A stretch of DNA of 64,000 bases, taken from assembly GCF_000150275.1 (NCBI RefSeq), contig NW_002060944.1, forward strand, positions 8,518,159 through 8,582,158, written 5' to 3'. Positions within the stretch are counted from its first letter, which is position 1, and the number at the start of each line of letters is the position of its first letter. Below the pieces are notes generated by a model that saw only the letters and a list, made by a program, of their open reading frames with translations, was not told the origin of the DNA and ran no database searches. The position numbers were made by a program, and so were the translations under genes. Below, piece by piece: positions 47,101-61,930 of this stretch. This stretch comes from Trichoplax adhaerens (Eukaryota > Animalia > Placozoa).

Positions 47101-50100
47101 TATATGATTTGATGATTGCTATGATTATAATAATAAGTCTTATCAATTGAATAGCTCGTTATCTTAATATGAGTAATTAAGATACAGCTTTAAATAAAGT
47201 TTCGATCTAATTAATGATTTACTGATAGTCAATGATTTGAGCCAGGATGAAATCATAACTAAATAGTTGATGACAATAATCTATTGTAGCTTAAGTTAGG
47301 AGAAGAGATTGATGGTTAATTTGGTGGCAGTTTGTAGGATGAAGGAAATTATTCAGTAAGCTGAAGGGGTGGGGAAAATTAGCCAATAGACTGTAGTTTC
47401 CCCTTTTATGACAGGTGATCAACGCTATTGAAGACATCGGCAACAACACAGACGTCAAGACACAAAAAGATGGCAAAAATTAAAATATAAATTCAAACTG
47501 TCAATGTATTGAACGATTATTGGGATTTACTTGTCAAAACAAATCCTATCTAATACGAGAATTATCCGATTTTAGCATTACTACAAATAACAACAACACT
47601 TTCTTCCTGTCATCATGGTGTTAGAATTGAAGAAAAACTAGCTTAATTCAAAATGGAATGATCAGCTTAGTTTTATTGCGTTTACTCTTTAAAACTCAAT
47701 TTAAAATTGATATCCTACTTATTTCTATAAACGACTACCATGATCCTTATTAGCGTCCTATCCAATACGAAAAGAGATAACAATAACAGTACTGACAACG
47801 TCAGTAAAAGTTATTCTGTTCCATCTCTTTTCCCTGCTATAAATAACATAGCCATTCTACTTATTACTCGATATCAGTATTTAAATACATTAAGTATCTT
47901 CAACAGATCAGCCAATAAAGTCAAACGCGAAAGTTAAAATTACTTTTATGTAGATCAGAAGTAATTTACTCTGTCATCGCGTTACATCATCGATCATCAT
48001 ACAATGCAACGAGTTGATTATTCTAGTTTAACTAATTATGTTTTCTATTCATAGCTTTTAATTTCTTTTGTAACAGTCTTCTAATATTGTAGCACGATAA
48101 TTTTTAGCGCCATTGAAATTTGTGGATCATTTTTTAACGATCATAGAAAAATGGAGAAAAAATGGTTTCGTTTTATGTATAGTTGTTCGTATCTGTACAG
48201 TTATTAAATAGGATATTTTATGGTAAATATAAATGATATGAAATGATTTGAAATTGAATAGCTTAAGCCAATAACTCGTTGCTTTTTTACGGCAAAGATA
48301 AGGTTGAAAACAATCATTTTTCATCTAACAAACAACAGCTTGCATCTCTATCCTAGATTTATTTTAATATGAAGGAGATATAATCCTATGTGCATATAAT
48401 TTATGTTTAAGAAATAGAAGACCCTTGCTATATGAAATTTTACTTGAAATCCAAGCCTAATTTGGATTTTCGGCGTCACTATCGGTTGTTTATCGCTTTT
48501 TAACTATTTCTACTGGCTAAGCAAATAACAAAGATCAAATAGTTAAGAGAAGGTCTTTCTTTAATTTATTTTAATATAGATGGAGAGTACAAAGTTACGC
48601 CCTTATATTTAACATCATGTTAATCTTCCCTCTAATAACCTACTGAAAGCTATTATTCCTTCAAATAGAGGATTGCTCATTAATAACGTAATTGGTCGTT
48701 ATTAAAGTGAGAAATACTTGATGTCGCGTCATGTATGCTTATCTTTAGTTCGTTAATGACATTAAAATAATGGATGGTCAATTTTTCTTGACTGGGTAAA
48801 GTTAATCAATACATTTTATGTCCAGAAGTAAAAGCAACACCTGGATAGACCCGATCCCAAAATATGAGCTCGATAACGATGTTCATGCAAAGGATACATT
48901 GTTCAAAATAAATCTATGCACCCTTAATCAGATTAACACCGCAACTGTATACATTTCTACCTTCGTCATCATTTTACTTATTATCTATCGTAGAATTGTT
49001 TTGCATTTTACGAATGGACTGAAATTAAATCAAACTTAACGGTATACAAATAATGATTAAAAATAGGTTCAAAGTCAATAAAACGGCAATAGCTATTAAC
49101 GGAGGAGAGCAAACATTCCTCAGCTTAATTAGCAATAAAATTTAAACTGAATAAAATCGAGTAGTAACACTGTAGTCTATAAGACAATAAATTCTCTGTA
49201 ACGGAATTAAAGCAAGCTTAAAATTACTGCTACTAGACTATTTTTAATTGCTGAGAACTAGTCAAATTCTAACTGTATATCAACAAAAGTACACAATGAA
49301 GACCTAACGATGTACTAGCTATATACGGGTAATTGTGAAGCATACTAAAAGGATAAATCTTTAAATTCAATCTTAAAGTAATTGCTAGGAGTCTAGTACT
49401 AGTGATATTCGGAGTAAATAAATTTATATTAATCTAATTTTAATTTATGGGCCCGTATTGAGATGTACTCATCGGTTTCAGTTAATTAACGTGTCCAAGG
49501 CGTTGTATTATACTACATATTGCAATCTTGGGGCTGATAATTACTATATCGTCGCTACTATGTTAGAATGATAATTAGGAAGCAAGGTAGAGCTACTAAT
49601 AATTTCAAAAGTTAATATATAATATCGCTGCCTTGTGATAAATAGGATTTGCAATTAATATCTAGATCAATATCGGCCATAGTATTTGATTAGAGAAATG
49701 GCCACGTAGGCAAATAATGAATTTATGGCGATTGTTATAAGCGAATTATATAAATGGTCAAATCATTTAAAAATATCACTCTGGCCATCTTTGTTAGAAT
49801 AATTTAAGACGTAACTTGGTGCGAAAAACAAGAGTATCGATAACAGATAAATAATCATCGATGATTCACGGGTATAAATCACGATTAAGCTAAATCCGGG
49901 TAGATTCTGATAATTGATAATCGTATTCTTCCGCATTCAAGTTATATCGATGAAATAGGATTTTAAAGGTGTGCTCAATTGAGATTAATTTAATGGACTT
50001 AGAAGAATACTGAAAATAGCAATAAACTAACCTGTTGATTGAATGACATTTGGTGTTGGAATTTCCAAACCGTTTTGCAGCTTGGGTGATAGAACCATAA

Positions 50101-50134
50101 GAATGAAAATAGTTATCCATGATTTGTCAATCAT
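35127..50134 (-). CDS. SEMA5: Semaphorin-5 (signal peptide, Sema, PSI, 7 TSP1 repeats, TM, cytoplasmic tail), about 23 exons; 5' exons 50032-50134, 44385-44478, 44171-44216, 43738-43809; 3' exons 37278-37433, 36595-37140, 35877-36245, 35127-35596
   Basis: Signal-like N-terminus [16 protein letters not shown]. Sema motifs DQIILGAK|[21 protein letters not shown]|[34 protein letters not shown] domain [14 protein letters not shown]1 WSxWSxC repeats, including the Sema5-typical degenerate WTPWLAVN...[10 protein letters not shown] segment [24 protein letters not shown] followed by RSRRKK. Confidence 0.93.
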
Positions 50135-53100
50135 CTTGGCCTTGTTGATCTTCCTTGCTTACTTATCACTTTCCGTCACTTTTTACACTCGATGTTGTGA
50201 CAACTCAGGACAACAACAGGTTTTGTATATGGATAAGGCCGGACAAAACTAGAATGGGCCAAGTTAATCAATAGAGCAACTGGTTGAGCCAAAAAATGAT
50301 GACAGGGGGTAGTGAATAAAAGCCAGTAATAATAGTGATGCTGTCTTTTAAACTGAAGACAAAGATATTACAGTAGAGGTTATGGCTGATTAAAAGAATT
50401 GGTCCCCAAAAGTCATTGATTCAGAATTGGTAATAGTAAGATGATATATAGCGTAAGGTAATCTCGTCGTCGTCGATTGTTAGTCCAAGGAGAAAAGAGA
50501 GAGAAAAATTTTTTAGACAATAAATGATACTTTCGATGTAGCCAACGATCGATAATTTTCCTATCCAATAGATCATGGGAATAGAATAAATTTGTACAGT
50601 GGTGACGGCTATTCTAGTATAGATTGAATTAATTTATTTAATTCTATCAAGATAATTAAATAATTTAAGAAGGCAGTCTAGTAAAGTCCAAGAGGGTAGA
50701 TGGCGATGTTAATGATGTAATAGAGTGTTGCGCTTGACTAGATCGCTCCTTGCCAATGACTTGTAATAATGTGAAGGTATGTGCGTGTGTATATGTTTAT
50801 AAATGTCGGTTCAATGCTTTCTTCCTGTTGACTCTACCTGTATCACATGAATAAGTTGATTTTTCTAACAACATACTAATCAGTTAACGTAGAGAAACAA
50901 GCGATAACCAGTCGTCAATGGGAGGGAGCTCCTATTTGTTGATCTAACCCCACATTCTTTTAAGGAATCAACGGTAACGACAATAGTTATAAGTCTATTC
51001 AATGCAATACAATCAATAATAATGGAAAAGACAATCAATAGATAAGAATATCTTTAAACAATAGATAACATTGATTGAATAGTGGCATTGCTATAGGCAA
51101 GAGAAAATGACATGCATAGTCTAGACAGGCGTTTCAATGCATCTTAACTTGATGTAACATTCAAGTAATATACAGTCAAGCCGTGATGACGTCCAATGGA
51201 CATTTTTTCAATTTCTCGAGCTGATTTAAAAAAAACCACCTGTTGATATATCATAACAATTCAAATTAGCTCCATAGACGATCATAAATAATCAATATGA
51301 TTGATTTCTCAAATCAGTATTACTGTTTATCTTCTTCATAAGATGACATTAATGGAATAGATACTAAGCAATTAACTAGCTAGTAGTACTCATGATACAT
51401 GCTATTCCAATCATTGTCTTTGTTTAATTAATTAACGATATAAATCAAGCCAGGAACTAGTGGGCTTGCTGACTAGTACAGTTGATGAATCTAATCAAAA
51501 TTAAAACAAGAAATAAAACGCATCTTATTTATCAGTTATTTCATCAAAATAGTACTGTAATCTAATTGCATATTATATAATTATCTATTCCTTATGATGC
51601 CGTTCATTTATCGTCGTAAAATCGGTCTGATTACAGTTATTGACGTGTAGAATCTTAGTGTGTAGCAGTTACAGAGTAGATGTAGTAATACGGTACTCTT
51701 TATGTTTATTCGAAGTACGCTAGCAATATTAATATAAATATCTTGATTAAAAGGTGAAAACGGATATGTGCTATTTATTGGCTTTAATGTTATAGGTTCA
51801 ACTTGGATAAGTGAAATTGATGTTAAGATAATTATAATTCATTGTGAATAATAAATTAGCGATAGTAGAGAATTTCAATGGTTATGTCGCTATTAAAGTT
51901 TATGCTTTGTTAAAAATCTTGAGGCGGTTGTGGGAGAGTACACTAAATTAAGGGTTATTTATTTAGAAAGGTAAAATTCGCTCGTATTTACTTCCAGGAC
52001 ACAGGAGAAGCTTATTTAAATGCTACCATTGATACTAAATCAAATTAATGTTGCAAGAACTTTATATCCAAGCAGGATATTATGGAAAGATCATCGATCA
52101 GGCGGTATATGACCGAAATACTCTAGTTAATAGTACACTGAGTAAGCTTCCGTGAGATGATAGATGCTTGCCTTTAATTTCGCTGAAGCTAGATTAAGTA
52201 TACAGTATGCAATTAGCATATAGTGATTTAGTGATCAATAAAAAAGGTTGATGATCTAATTATCTGTAATGCTGTATTGATAGCAATATCATCGTGACGA
52301 TGAATACGAATTTGCGTCATGAAAGTGGTACTTAAAATGATAATAATACATTACTTCAAGCTGTATTCAACTAAATGATTAGATCACTATGACTTTTACC
52401 ATGAGATTGGATAATAAAAAGGTTAAATGATTGAGAGGAAAGAGGGTATAGTATATCATCAAGTAGATGAGGATAAAAGAAGGCCATATTCAATCATGAC
52501 TGTCATGAATAATCATTAATATTTTTTTCATTTGTTTTTCTATTGAATCAACTCCGCTATCAAAATGAAAACATGACTAATCAATGTGATAGACTATGAT
52601 AAATTATACTCATACTGCTTTTAATCGTTAGTAGGATGTATCTGTCATAATGAGTATAATACAATCATTAATAACAGTAGAATACAATGTTGGTAGCATC
52701 AAGTTATGATTGAATAACGAGGTGAAAGATAGATGCCTCGATTCATCGAAGAGTTAATGATATAATTACTATATCAATTATATCATTATCGATCGTTATT
52801 ATGTTATCTGATCGTAATTAAACTAAGTTTTAAACTTTAATTGGGTACTTTTTAAAATAATTTAATCGTAAAAAATATAAATTTATTTCTTGTCCCTTAA
52901 AAATAACAAGAGGGCATAAGCTATCCGATTATCGATTTAAATTAGTTATTATCGTTGGTTAGTATTATAGGAAGGTTAATAAATTATTCTTTCTTTCTTT
53001 TATTCCTTTGATTTTGGTAGATCTGTTTTGTCCCTCTCCTTTTCTCTACTTTTCTATTCTGATGATGCTTATTCGTCAGTTTTATCCATATTCGTCATCT

Positions 53101-56100
53101 CATTTGAATATAAAGCCAATGATAATAGCTGTGCCGTGACCGATAGAAAAGCAAAAAGTTATTGATCTGTCTTCTTAAGTCAATGGTATAGCTATGAATG
53201 GAGAAAATAACAGGCATAGGTCGATCGATGTCGATTGTATTAGGTAAATGATTGTTATCTATTGAAATCATCTGTTCCTCTATCCCTGACTGATAACTTA
53301 TGATAAGCTTTTAATCTTGTAGCTTTGTTATCGGCATATCAAAGTACTAACTCAGTTATTGTTCATATTTTGACAGTTAATTTCAATAGCTGATTGTTTC
53401 TTTCTAGCTATTGAAATAACCAGTGATTCCAATATAGGATAGGAAGAAAGAGATTTAAGTCCAATAGAAAAATGATCATCATTAAATATAACCATAACAA
53501 TAAATGTTGTATTCATATGACGATTAAATGATGGCATGCCAATCCAACTTGATCGTTATATTTTCAACTCATGTTCAATAGCTATCAACAATATCGATCT
53601 AATATAATAAAAATGATGTTAAATGCATTGATAATTGCAAAATCCTTTCCATACTTCATCGTTAAAACAGAAAAAAAGGAATTTGTACTTCATTCTAATT
53701 ATTGGCTGTTTTTAATTAATGGCAACCATCATAACGCAGCTAGCCTATTGTATTGACGAAAGAAATTCAAAAGCATACACGTTGACTTCAATTTAAAATT
53801 GTAATTACTTCATGTCATGATTGTTTAAGATACTCATAAACGATAAATAAAATGGTAAAATATTTCAAATTTTGTATTTGATAATCGTAATATGCTCTAT
53901 CGACCTATTACATCTATTTGACTACGTCAATTTTCTATTCTAAACAATGATATTAAATGTTGCGTAGAAAGAATCAAAAGTAAAAATTAAAAAAATTAGA
54001 ATAAATTTCTTTTTTCATACAATATAATAGTATTTTCAGTTATGAAGTTCAGACTGAAAAAATTGGAGGTTATCTTTACTATTTCTCTATTTCGATTTGT
54101 CTATTTTTGGCAATAACCTTAAAATCGCCTGATTTCGATCAGGTTATCAAGTTGTTACATTAAATATTAGCTACCCTATCTATTTTTATTATTTCTACTG
54201 TTTAGTTTATCAATTTTAGTCTATATATTACATCTAAATAATCAAATATTTTTTTGACCAGAGCAATAAAATTCTGCTATTTTCTATTGCAAACGTTACC
54301 AGAATGATATTATACAATTGAATTTCAAGTTAATTATCTATCATGATTGTTATATCTTCGTAAGGTAGGACCTAACGAGCCAAGATATTATTTTGTATCA
54401 TCAATTAATTATCATCGCGTGTTTTCTTGTCCTCATAACAAAGCCTGACCGTCCGTGAGGGAAGAGGACAAAGACACAAGTCTTTTATGCATCGTGTAGG
54501 AAACGTCAGTTGTTTCACGCGCACCATCGAATTAGTTATTGCAATCAATGAATCAATCAGTAGATTCTTTCCATAGTTCTCTATTGATCTATTTGTTAAT
54601 TTTGATGATTAGCAAGAGAACGATAGCCCCGTTGTTATATTGATAGCGTTTGTCGTTTGAACCAACGGTAACAAGTTGGTAAACATAATGACATCTTTAA
54701 GTTACTTTAACCATTAACGTTGCCTGTCCTCTGTAACAGTCAGTATATGAGCTCGTACATTCAGCATAGCAATAGAATGCATTTAAAATGAGACCGTACT
54801 GTTCTACATTTATTGATAATTGTAGGATGAAAATTATGTAATTAATCTCTGGGTTAACTATACTTTGAAGAGAAAGATATTGCGTTCAAGTGATTTCAAT
54901 CTATTGAATCTTAATTTTAATGCAGTCTTGATTCCCATTATTTTGATGTAAGTACCAAGCTTAGCAAGTAATTGAAACTGAATTTTTTACTTTTTCATTT
55001 ATTGACAATGATGCCCTCTAACGGCCGTTAGAGCCATCACCTATTACACTGTTGACGTAACCATAAGCGATATGAGAACAAACATATGCGGCGAGTCAGA
55101 AGAACAATACAAATAAATACAATTTTTGACCGTCATGACTAGAATAACTTTCATTAACTGTTATATTTATCCGATAAGACAATACAATATTAAGAACAAG
55201 CTTTCTGACTATCACTATATTAATAATGACAATGATAATTATCATAACCGCAATTAATTTTCCGATTAGTTATAGTAACTGTAACAGCGGCTGTAAGAAA
55301 TGAGCTAACAACTGATTTATTATCTTCTACAGTAAAAGGTCATAAATCAATATCGAATGATTTTATTACCCAAATGAGGATATAACCAACGCGAGGGCAA
55401 TGACACTTAAAATAGTCTCCACTTTAGCGTTTGTCGTACTTTCGTCTTTGTCCATCATAGCTAATAAGGATATTTCGAATCAGTACAGTAGCGGTTATTC
55501 TTATCAATAGTCATTATTGAGATGGTGGAGTGGATTAATTATAATTAATTATTGATGAGATGTAAACTTGATGATAATAATGAGGTGATTCCTTTACAAA
55601 GGTAGTTATCAATTATTGTATCATTTTCATTCCCATAAAAAGATTAGAATGACGGACTTTTTTCTCCTGTCTATGATGACGGTATTAATCGCCTTATTTT
55701 CATATCGTAAACGATGCCCTCAGCCTTTTTTACTTCATATTTCAATCCGTCATATTTTCTCCTTAATGCATCATTTTTTAGATTTAACATTTTATAAGCA
55801 GCATTAAGTTGTGACAAAAAGGAAGCTATTTTAATAGGTCGCTGATAATCTTCGTGGATTACACAGTTGACAGCAATCCTTGTCTAAAGTTTGCAATATA
55901 CGGAAAAGTAATCATAATTAGAATATGAATGGCGAAGAATAACTTTCAAGCTAGAAATAATAATATATCATAATTACTGTCAATCTTACTAATTCCGCGG
56001 GCAATAATAATACTCCTTGTAAGTAATCTTCGAGGGTAATATGGAAACCATCAGCTTTGTCCGTACTTACTAAAGTTTTATTAATAAAGGCAGGTACGGT

Positions 56101-59100
56101 AAAAATTAAGCAATAGAATATAAAAGATCTTTATTGACCAGTAATAGTACAACTTGATATCCAGTTAGTTTACAGGAGGTACATCACAAGTTTTAAGATG
56201 ACTAAAAAATTATAACATTGTTTAAGCAATGCCGTCACTAATTAGTACCAGATGTCCGATTACAAAAACATTCTACATCGTTCTGTAAACTTACACCTAC
56301 TTCATAATAGTTAATTAAACTAAGAGTTTTTAACTATTTAATTAGTTTCTAGTCGTAAAATATACATAACAGATAATTCAATTCAAAGCGAGCATACCAT
56401 AAATAACAATATCGTAAATTAGGTTACCTCCCAGTAATTGCGCAACTTGATCCCGCGTTACTAAAGTATCTTCTTCCATATAGATAATTAAACTACATTG
56501 AAATACTAAATTTTGCATGATGTGATGCCAGTGATCGGCATACCTAAGACGAAAGATAATATAACCAACTGTAATATCACGTTAATTAAGGCAATTAATG
56601 AGATAATATGAATAAGTCTATTGTCAGCGAAAACAATTTATTTTGTCGAACTGAGCCCTTAAAATAACACCTTTCATTCTACCTGTAATAATCCGATAGA
56701 GGAAAAGTTTTTTGCAATCCAGTTATATCTTCTTTGACTTTTGAGAATAATTTTCTGGCATGATTACATATCTCTGTCACTAAGAAAGTCCAAGGAAATA
56801 GCACCAATTAATATACGACAGACATAAAAATCATATTTATTTGAACATTCCATCATCTATTCTCCACCCACAACCAATCTAGCCATCGATGATGACAACT
56901 CATTAGCAAGATGTTATTATTACAAATTATATTACAGTCGATAAATCAATCATAGGTGAAGGCTATTTATGAAATGGAGTTCAAGTATAAGCCGCCCAAC
57001 TACGATATTGTCCTGAGTGTATTATAAACAGTAACGTTATTGATGACGTTGACGTGATATACGAATATGAAGAGTAATACTGATTAATTTTATTTAGCTT
57101 AGAAGAATTTGGCTGATTTTATATAGGGCGAATGACTAATTATAATGTAACAAAAACTGTACATGTATCTTAATGTCGATGTGGAAATGATTTGTTACAA
57201 ATGAGTGTTAAAGTAACAAAATTTTCGAAGTTACGGTAGGCCTAACCTTTATTTCCAACCGTCACATACATGCGAAAAATCGTTGTATTCAATTACCAGA
57301 CCATTTTAATTACCCAGTAAAACGAACCATCGACTTGTGTATACACAATCATTAAATGACTAATTGACCTTGGGTCAATAAAAGCATGACGGAAATAGGC
57401 TATTGCCATTGCTATCATCTCTTATAGTTATGATACGATAAACGATTCTAAAATTACTCAATTAGGCGAAGTAGAACAACATTACGTTTCCTTACTATCG
57501 TAACAAACATGTGGATCGATACTACTTCAAGATTGTCATCCTGACAATCATTTTAGCAATTATTTTAATTTTATAGTATTAGCTTCGCAAGAATAAGAAC
57601 AGCAATTATTACCCGAGTCCAAGTCGTAATTGATTTTCACCTCGGGCAATATTTTCGTCCATAACAATAGCTAACAATAACTTCGAGTCCATTGTTGTTC
57701 TTGAATAGTGAAAATATTTGTCCAAGTATTACTAGCAACAATAGGTCATGATTTGACTAAATTGAGGTTAATCTAACCAACAATATTAAATCTAGATGCC
57801 ATAGGCATTATACTGTCGTTACTCTACTAACTACTAGTCGATTATAACTCATTGAAATCCTTGAAATTTTCAAGTACATACGATGGATGAATTATTTATT
57901 ATACAATTGACACAGTGATCTTTTTATATCTCTTGTGTTAATAATTGTAATCAAACGGAATACAATCTTGCGAATAGTGCGATATAAACAGTCGTAAACT
58001 ATATTTCTTTACATCTACAACCCTCTGGTTTACATTATCGCATTACGGAGGAGGACAATCAATTTAAATTTCATGGGGCTACGATAATGTTTAAAACGGT
58101 CATGGAAGAAAGTCGTTATCACGGCAATTGTTTTGACAAAGGATCGTTAAAAATTTTTTAAATTAGACGCAAACTTTCTCTCTATTAAAACAATAAGAGG
58201 ATAATAATATCTATTATGCATTTACCTAAGCTTAGGCAATTCGATCAAATTAATTAGAGCGTTACAGTATACTCTAACGCGCTTTTTTTCTTGTCGATCG
58301 TTTAAAATTTACCCTCCTAGAGGAGAATATCCTTACTCCTTACCAAATATAACTATAGATTCGATATTAACGCCATAGCATCTTTAACTACCCTTTCATG
58401 ATCCATTATTACAGGTTATAGTTTTGGATATTCCACTAAGATTAAAATTGGATAGGATAACTGTCTATAGTATGCGCAGTAACGATGTGACCGTTATGCT
58501 ATGTACTTACAGTACTACTATATTGTACAGGGTACAGTAGGTATGGCGTACCTAATACAAAATTCATTCGGTCGCTAGGCAACATATCTGCACATTTTAG
58601 TAGGACACACCTCGCCAATTAATGCAGTAGTATGATTCGAAGAATTTATTTAATATTGGAATTGTCTCTAGTGATTCCCATATTGATATACCCAACCCTG
58701 TAAATAACAGAAATACTTAACCGATTTCCTTCTGCAGAAAATCATTTTTCATATACTTACAAAAGAGAGGCAAAAAACGAGCCGTACAGCTCTTAATCGC
58801 ACATTATAGTAGTACAGTATAGCACTATACGTGCATATTACATACCCGATATCTAAGTAACAAATGCTATCAAAATTTACACTACAAACTTTTACAGATA
58901 ATGTACCAATGTCCCTGATTTCCGTCAGTGTTAATTAACGCACCACCATTTCTGTTACATTTATATTTAAATATCCACAAAGTATTTCGATGCAAGCATA
59001 GAATCTGCAGATACGTATAAACAATTCTTAACTTTCGGATGCCTATATCATGAAGCCTTTAGTCATAGTTAAAATGTTATTGTTATTCAGCTTTATTTTA

Positions 59101-60124
59101 TTTACACTATATGAAAGTAATGAACGCACTAGCATATTATAACTTTAGTTGCAGAATAATTGCCATAGGTAACAATTTTAGTTTAATTAACCCATGCAAT
59201 TATGAACCCTAGAAGCCGGTGTCCCTGATCGGGCCCCGTTTCAAAAGGTATGAAAAGTTTTAGGTGACAAACGATATTTCATTAATTTTGGTACTCCTAG
59301 AAGCTGTTAATAAGGAATTAACGAAAATTTTATAGTCACTTTATCCGAATCAATATGGTATGTACTGTATACGAGTACACTTGTCTGTACTGTAGTAGTA
59401 TTAAATTCCTGTTGTATTATTAAGGCAAATTTCTAAACGCTTCGTAGAATGTGATAAAACCTCCATTAACTTAAGATGCCCTACATCTTTTTGTTCACTA
59501 GCTAATATAATGATAGAAGATTACCTAAGTTGATTCCTGATCGGATCAGCTCATCTAAATATATGCCCAATACTGTACAATCGTATAGAAAAATATTATT
59601 GATATGCCACATTTGTTATAAACCCGAAAAACGTCTATTGTCATTGCTAGGGAAATGTCAATAAGAATCTTACTCGTTTTATATAGCAGTTTTTGCACAG
59701 CTAAAATTAGCGAAGATTAAATTAAGATTTTTAAATGGTTTCATATTACCGGTACAAGCATCAGTATGCCAATTTTTGTAATTTAAAGATCTAGATTGCA
59801 ATATATTAGGTTCAAAGGTGGACAAAATATTTTGGTGGCCGCCGATGTACAAGGATTTTCATTCATTCGGTTTTTTATATAACTACTGTAATTGCCTATA
59901 TATTACCGATAAATTATTGATTCCCTATATGCAAAACCCAGGACTATGTGAGCTACGAAGTGAATACATAAGGTAGAACAAAGTGATCTAAAGATAGATA
60001 CGAATTTGGTCATAAAAAATTTAAATTTGACCTCGTTACGGGCGGTAAGCATTATACGGGTATACGCGTGCACAAGTATTTCGATCTATTTAGATGAATA
60101 GAACACGGTATAACTTCAGATGGT

Positions 60125-61930
60125 TCAAAGCCGCAGGTACTCGTAGACTGATAGATATTGTGAAAAAAATAGCGATTTGTTAAATCTGTAACTAGATACA
60201 CAGCCATGTTCATTACTTTATGGTTTACAGTGTTTGTAATCCTAGTTTAAAAGATCGCTAATATGGCTGTGATAATACTGAGTAGTATATCGCACCTAGA
60301 CATGAAATGGTGAATTATAGGAGTAATAGAAGTAACTAAAGAAAAGCACGCAAATTTTTTAAAGTATGGTATATCAATGTACATAGGTACAGAATATTAT
60401 CGAGTAATTTAAAGCTTACCGTAATCAGCTGTTGTATTTTGATGAAAGTTTTGCAATTCGTTAAAGATGGCTTCGGATGTTGCTTCCAGCTTATCGACTG
60501 CAGCCTTTACTTGCTATAGGTTGTTAAAGAGGAGGGTATCAACTGATTAAGGAGTTGGTCGTAATTATAATAATATTCATAAACGATTTTATATCTGTAT
60601 ACAACATAATATAGTACTGATATCAGTCGTCCCTAAATCGATTTATACATAATTATTTTCATCATGCCAAATTTATGTACTTCTAGTTTACGATCAATAT
60701 TTATAAATATACGGGTCCTGTATGTTAATTACTAGGTTTGTTTGAAATTTATGTACAGGATGTACAAAATTATGAGCCTACAGCAATTTTGCTTGTACAG
60801 TAGCGTCGCTTTCGGTCGTTCATATAAAATCTGAGCACCACACACAGCTAGTCAAGGTCTACTTAAACAATGTGATGGGTAATATATCTACATAGCCATC
60901 TTTAATTTAGAGTTTGCAACATGCAGGTGTCAGATTACAGTAATGGCTCCTGATATAAGATTATACCTTAATTTATCGCATAGCTACGTAAAGTACCACT
61001 TCCTAAATTTTTTTTCGTAAAATAGACGACTCTGACAGTACCTTGCATGGATGCATGCAACATAGCTTGATAATGGATGCTCGTAGTATGCATGAAACTA
61101 GAACTTTCGGATTAACTTGATCCAAACTTTCTACTGTTATGATAGGCAATACAGCAAGATATCGTTCTGACTGTTTCTGGTCTGGAGTTTGCTTGCTATA
61201 TCGAGCTATCAGATCGTGCATATCAACTCTTCCAGTTTGCATCTACTTTGGCGCGGTGTAGCAACATTCCTGCAGGCAGAATGCACGTGCACCAATTCCT
61301 GTACATTGCATAGAGCTTAGTAAAGTGAGCTCCTTGTTTGTTTGCTTTTACTGCTTGCCAATATAGTAATACTCGTATACCGATGTGATTGTTTGAATCT
61401 TAATTAAACCCTGGGATTAGACTAGCTAGCTGCTAACATCAATTTTCCAAGATTGCATCCTATAGTTGTACTTGTGCAAGAAAATAGTTTTAACTTTATG
61501 CGATACGTGCTTGGAAGTGGATAAACCAACAATGTTGCATAATGTATTAAACTGCAGACTGCAATGCAAGACACCGATATTGGCAAGTCTTGGCAGTAGC
61601 GAGTTTACTTCATTATTCTGCTATCAAATGCATGATTCGTTCGGTATGATACAGTAATAGGGGTAGGATCAGCTACAGAAGGAAATCTTCAAGTAGATCG
61701 AGAAGGACAACAAATTGAACGTTGCATATGCGACCATTATGTACTACACACTGATGCACATTTTAACCTGAACATTGTGCTGATAGAACCTAGTATAGCA
61801 ATCAATTTTAACTACTATGACGCTGTCAAGCTATAGTAGCTCCTTTTCTAACCTCCTTAACAGAATGCAAGGTATCCAACTCCAGCTTGAGTTCGTTAAA
61901 TGCAGCTTCCACACTTTCTTTGGAATCCAT
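60125..61930 (-). CDS. Small coiled-coil protein, possibly BBLN/C9orf16 (UPF0184)-like; exons 61853-61930 and 60420-60513, tentative last exon 60125-60147
   Basis: MDSKESVEAAFNELKLELDTLHSVKE (GAG|gttag) joins in phase 0 to tag|QVKAAVDKLEATSEAIFNELQNFHQNTTADY (G|gtaag) with a continuous heptad pattern. It is absent from the ORF track because the exons are short. The last exon is uncertain. Confidence 0.6.

Noticed and set aside
49890-50252. ORFs of 76 and 69 aa near the SEMA5 start
   Set aside because: Other frames or strand of SEMA5 exon 1; the frame from 50134 gives a signal peptide and a phase-compatible donor
61003-61242. 79-aa ORF within the small coiled-coil gene's intron
   Set aside because: It has a possible donor, but its candidate acceptor phase does not fit exon 1 and it would interrupt the heptad pattern; no recognisable homology
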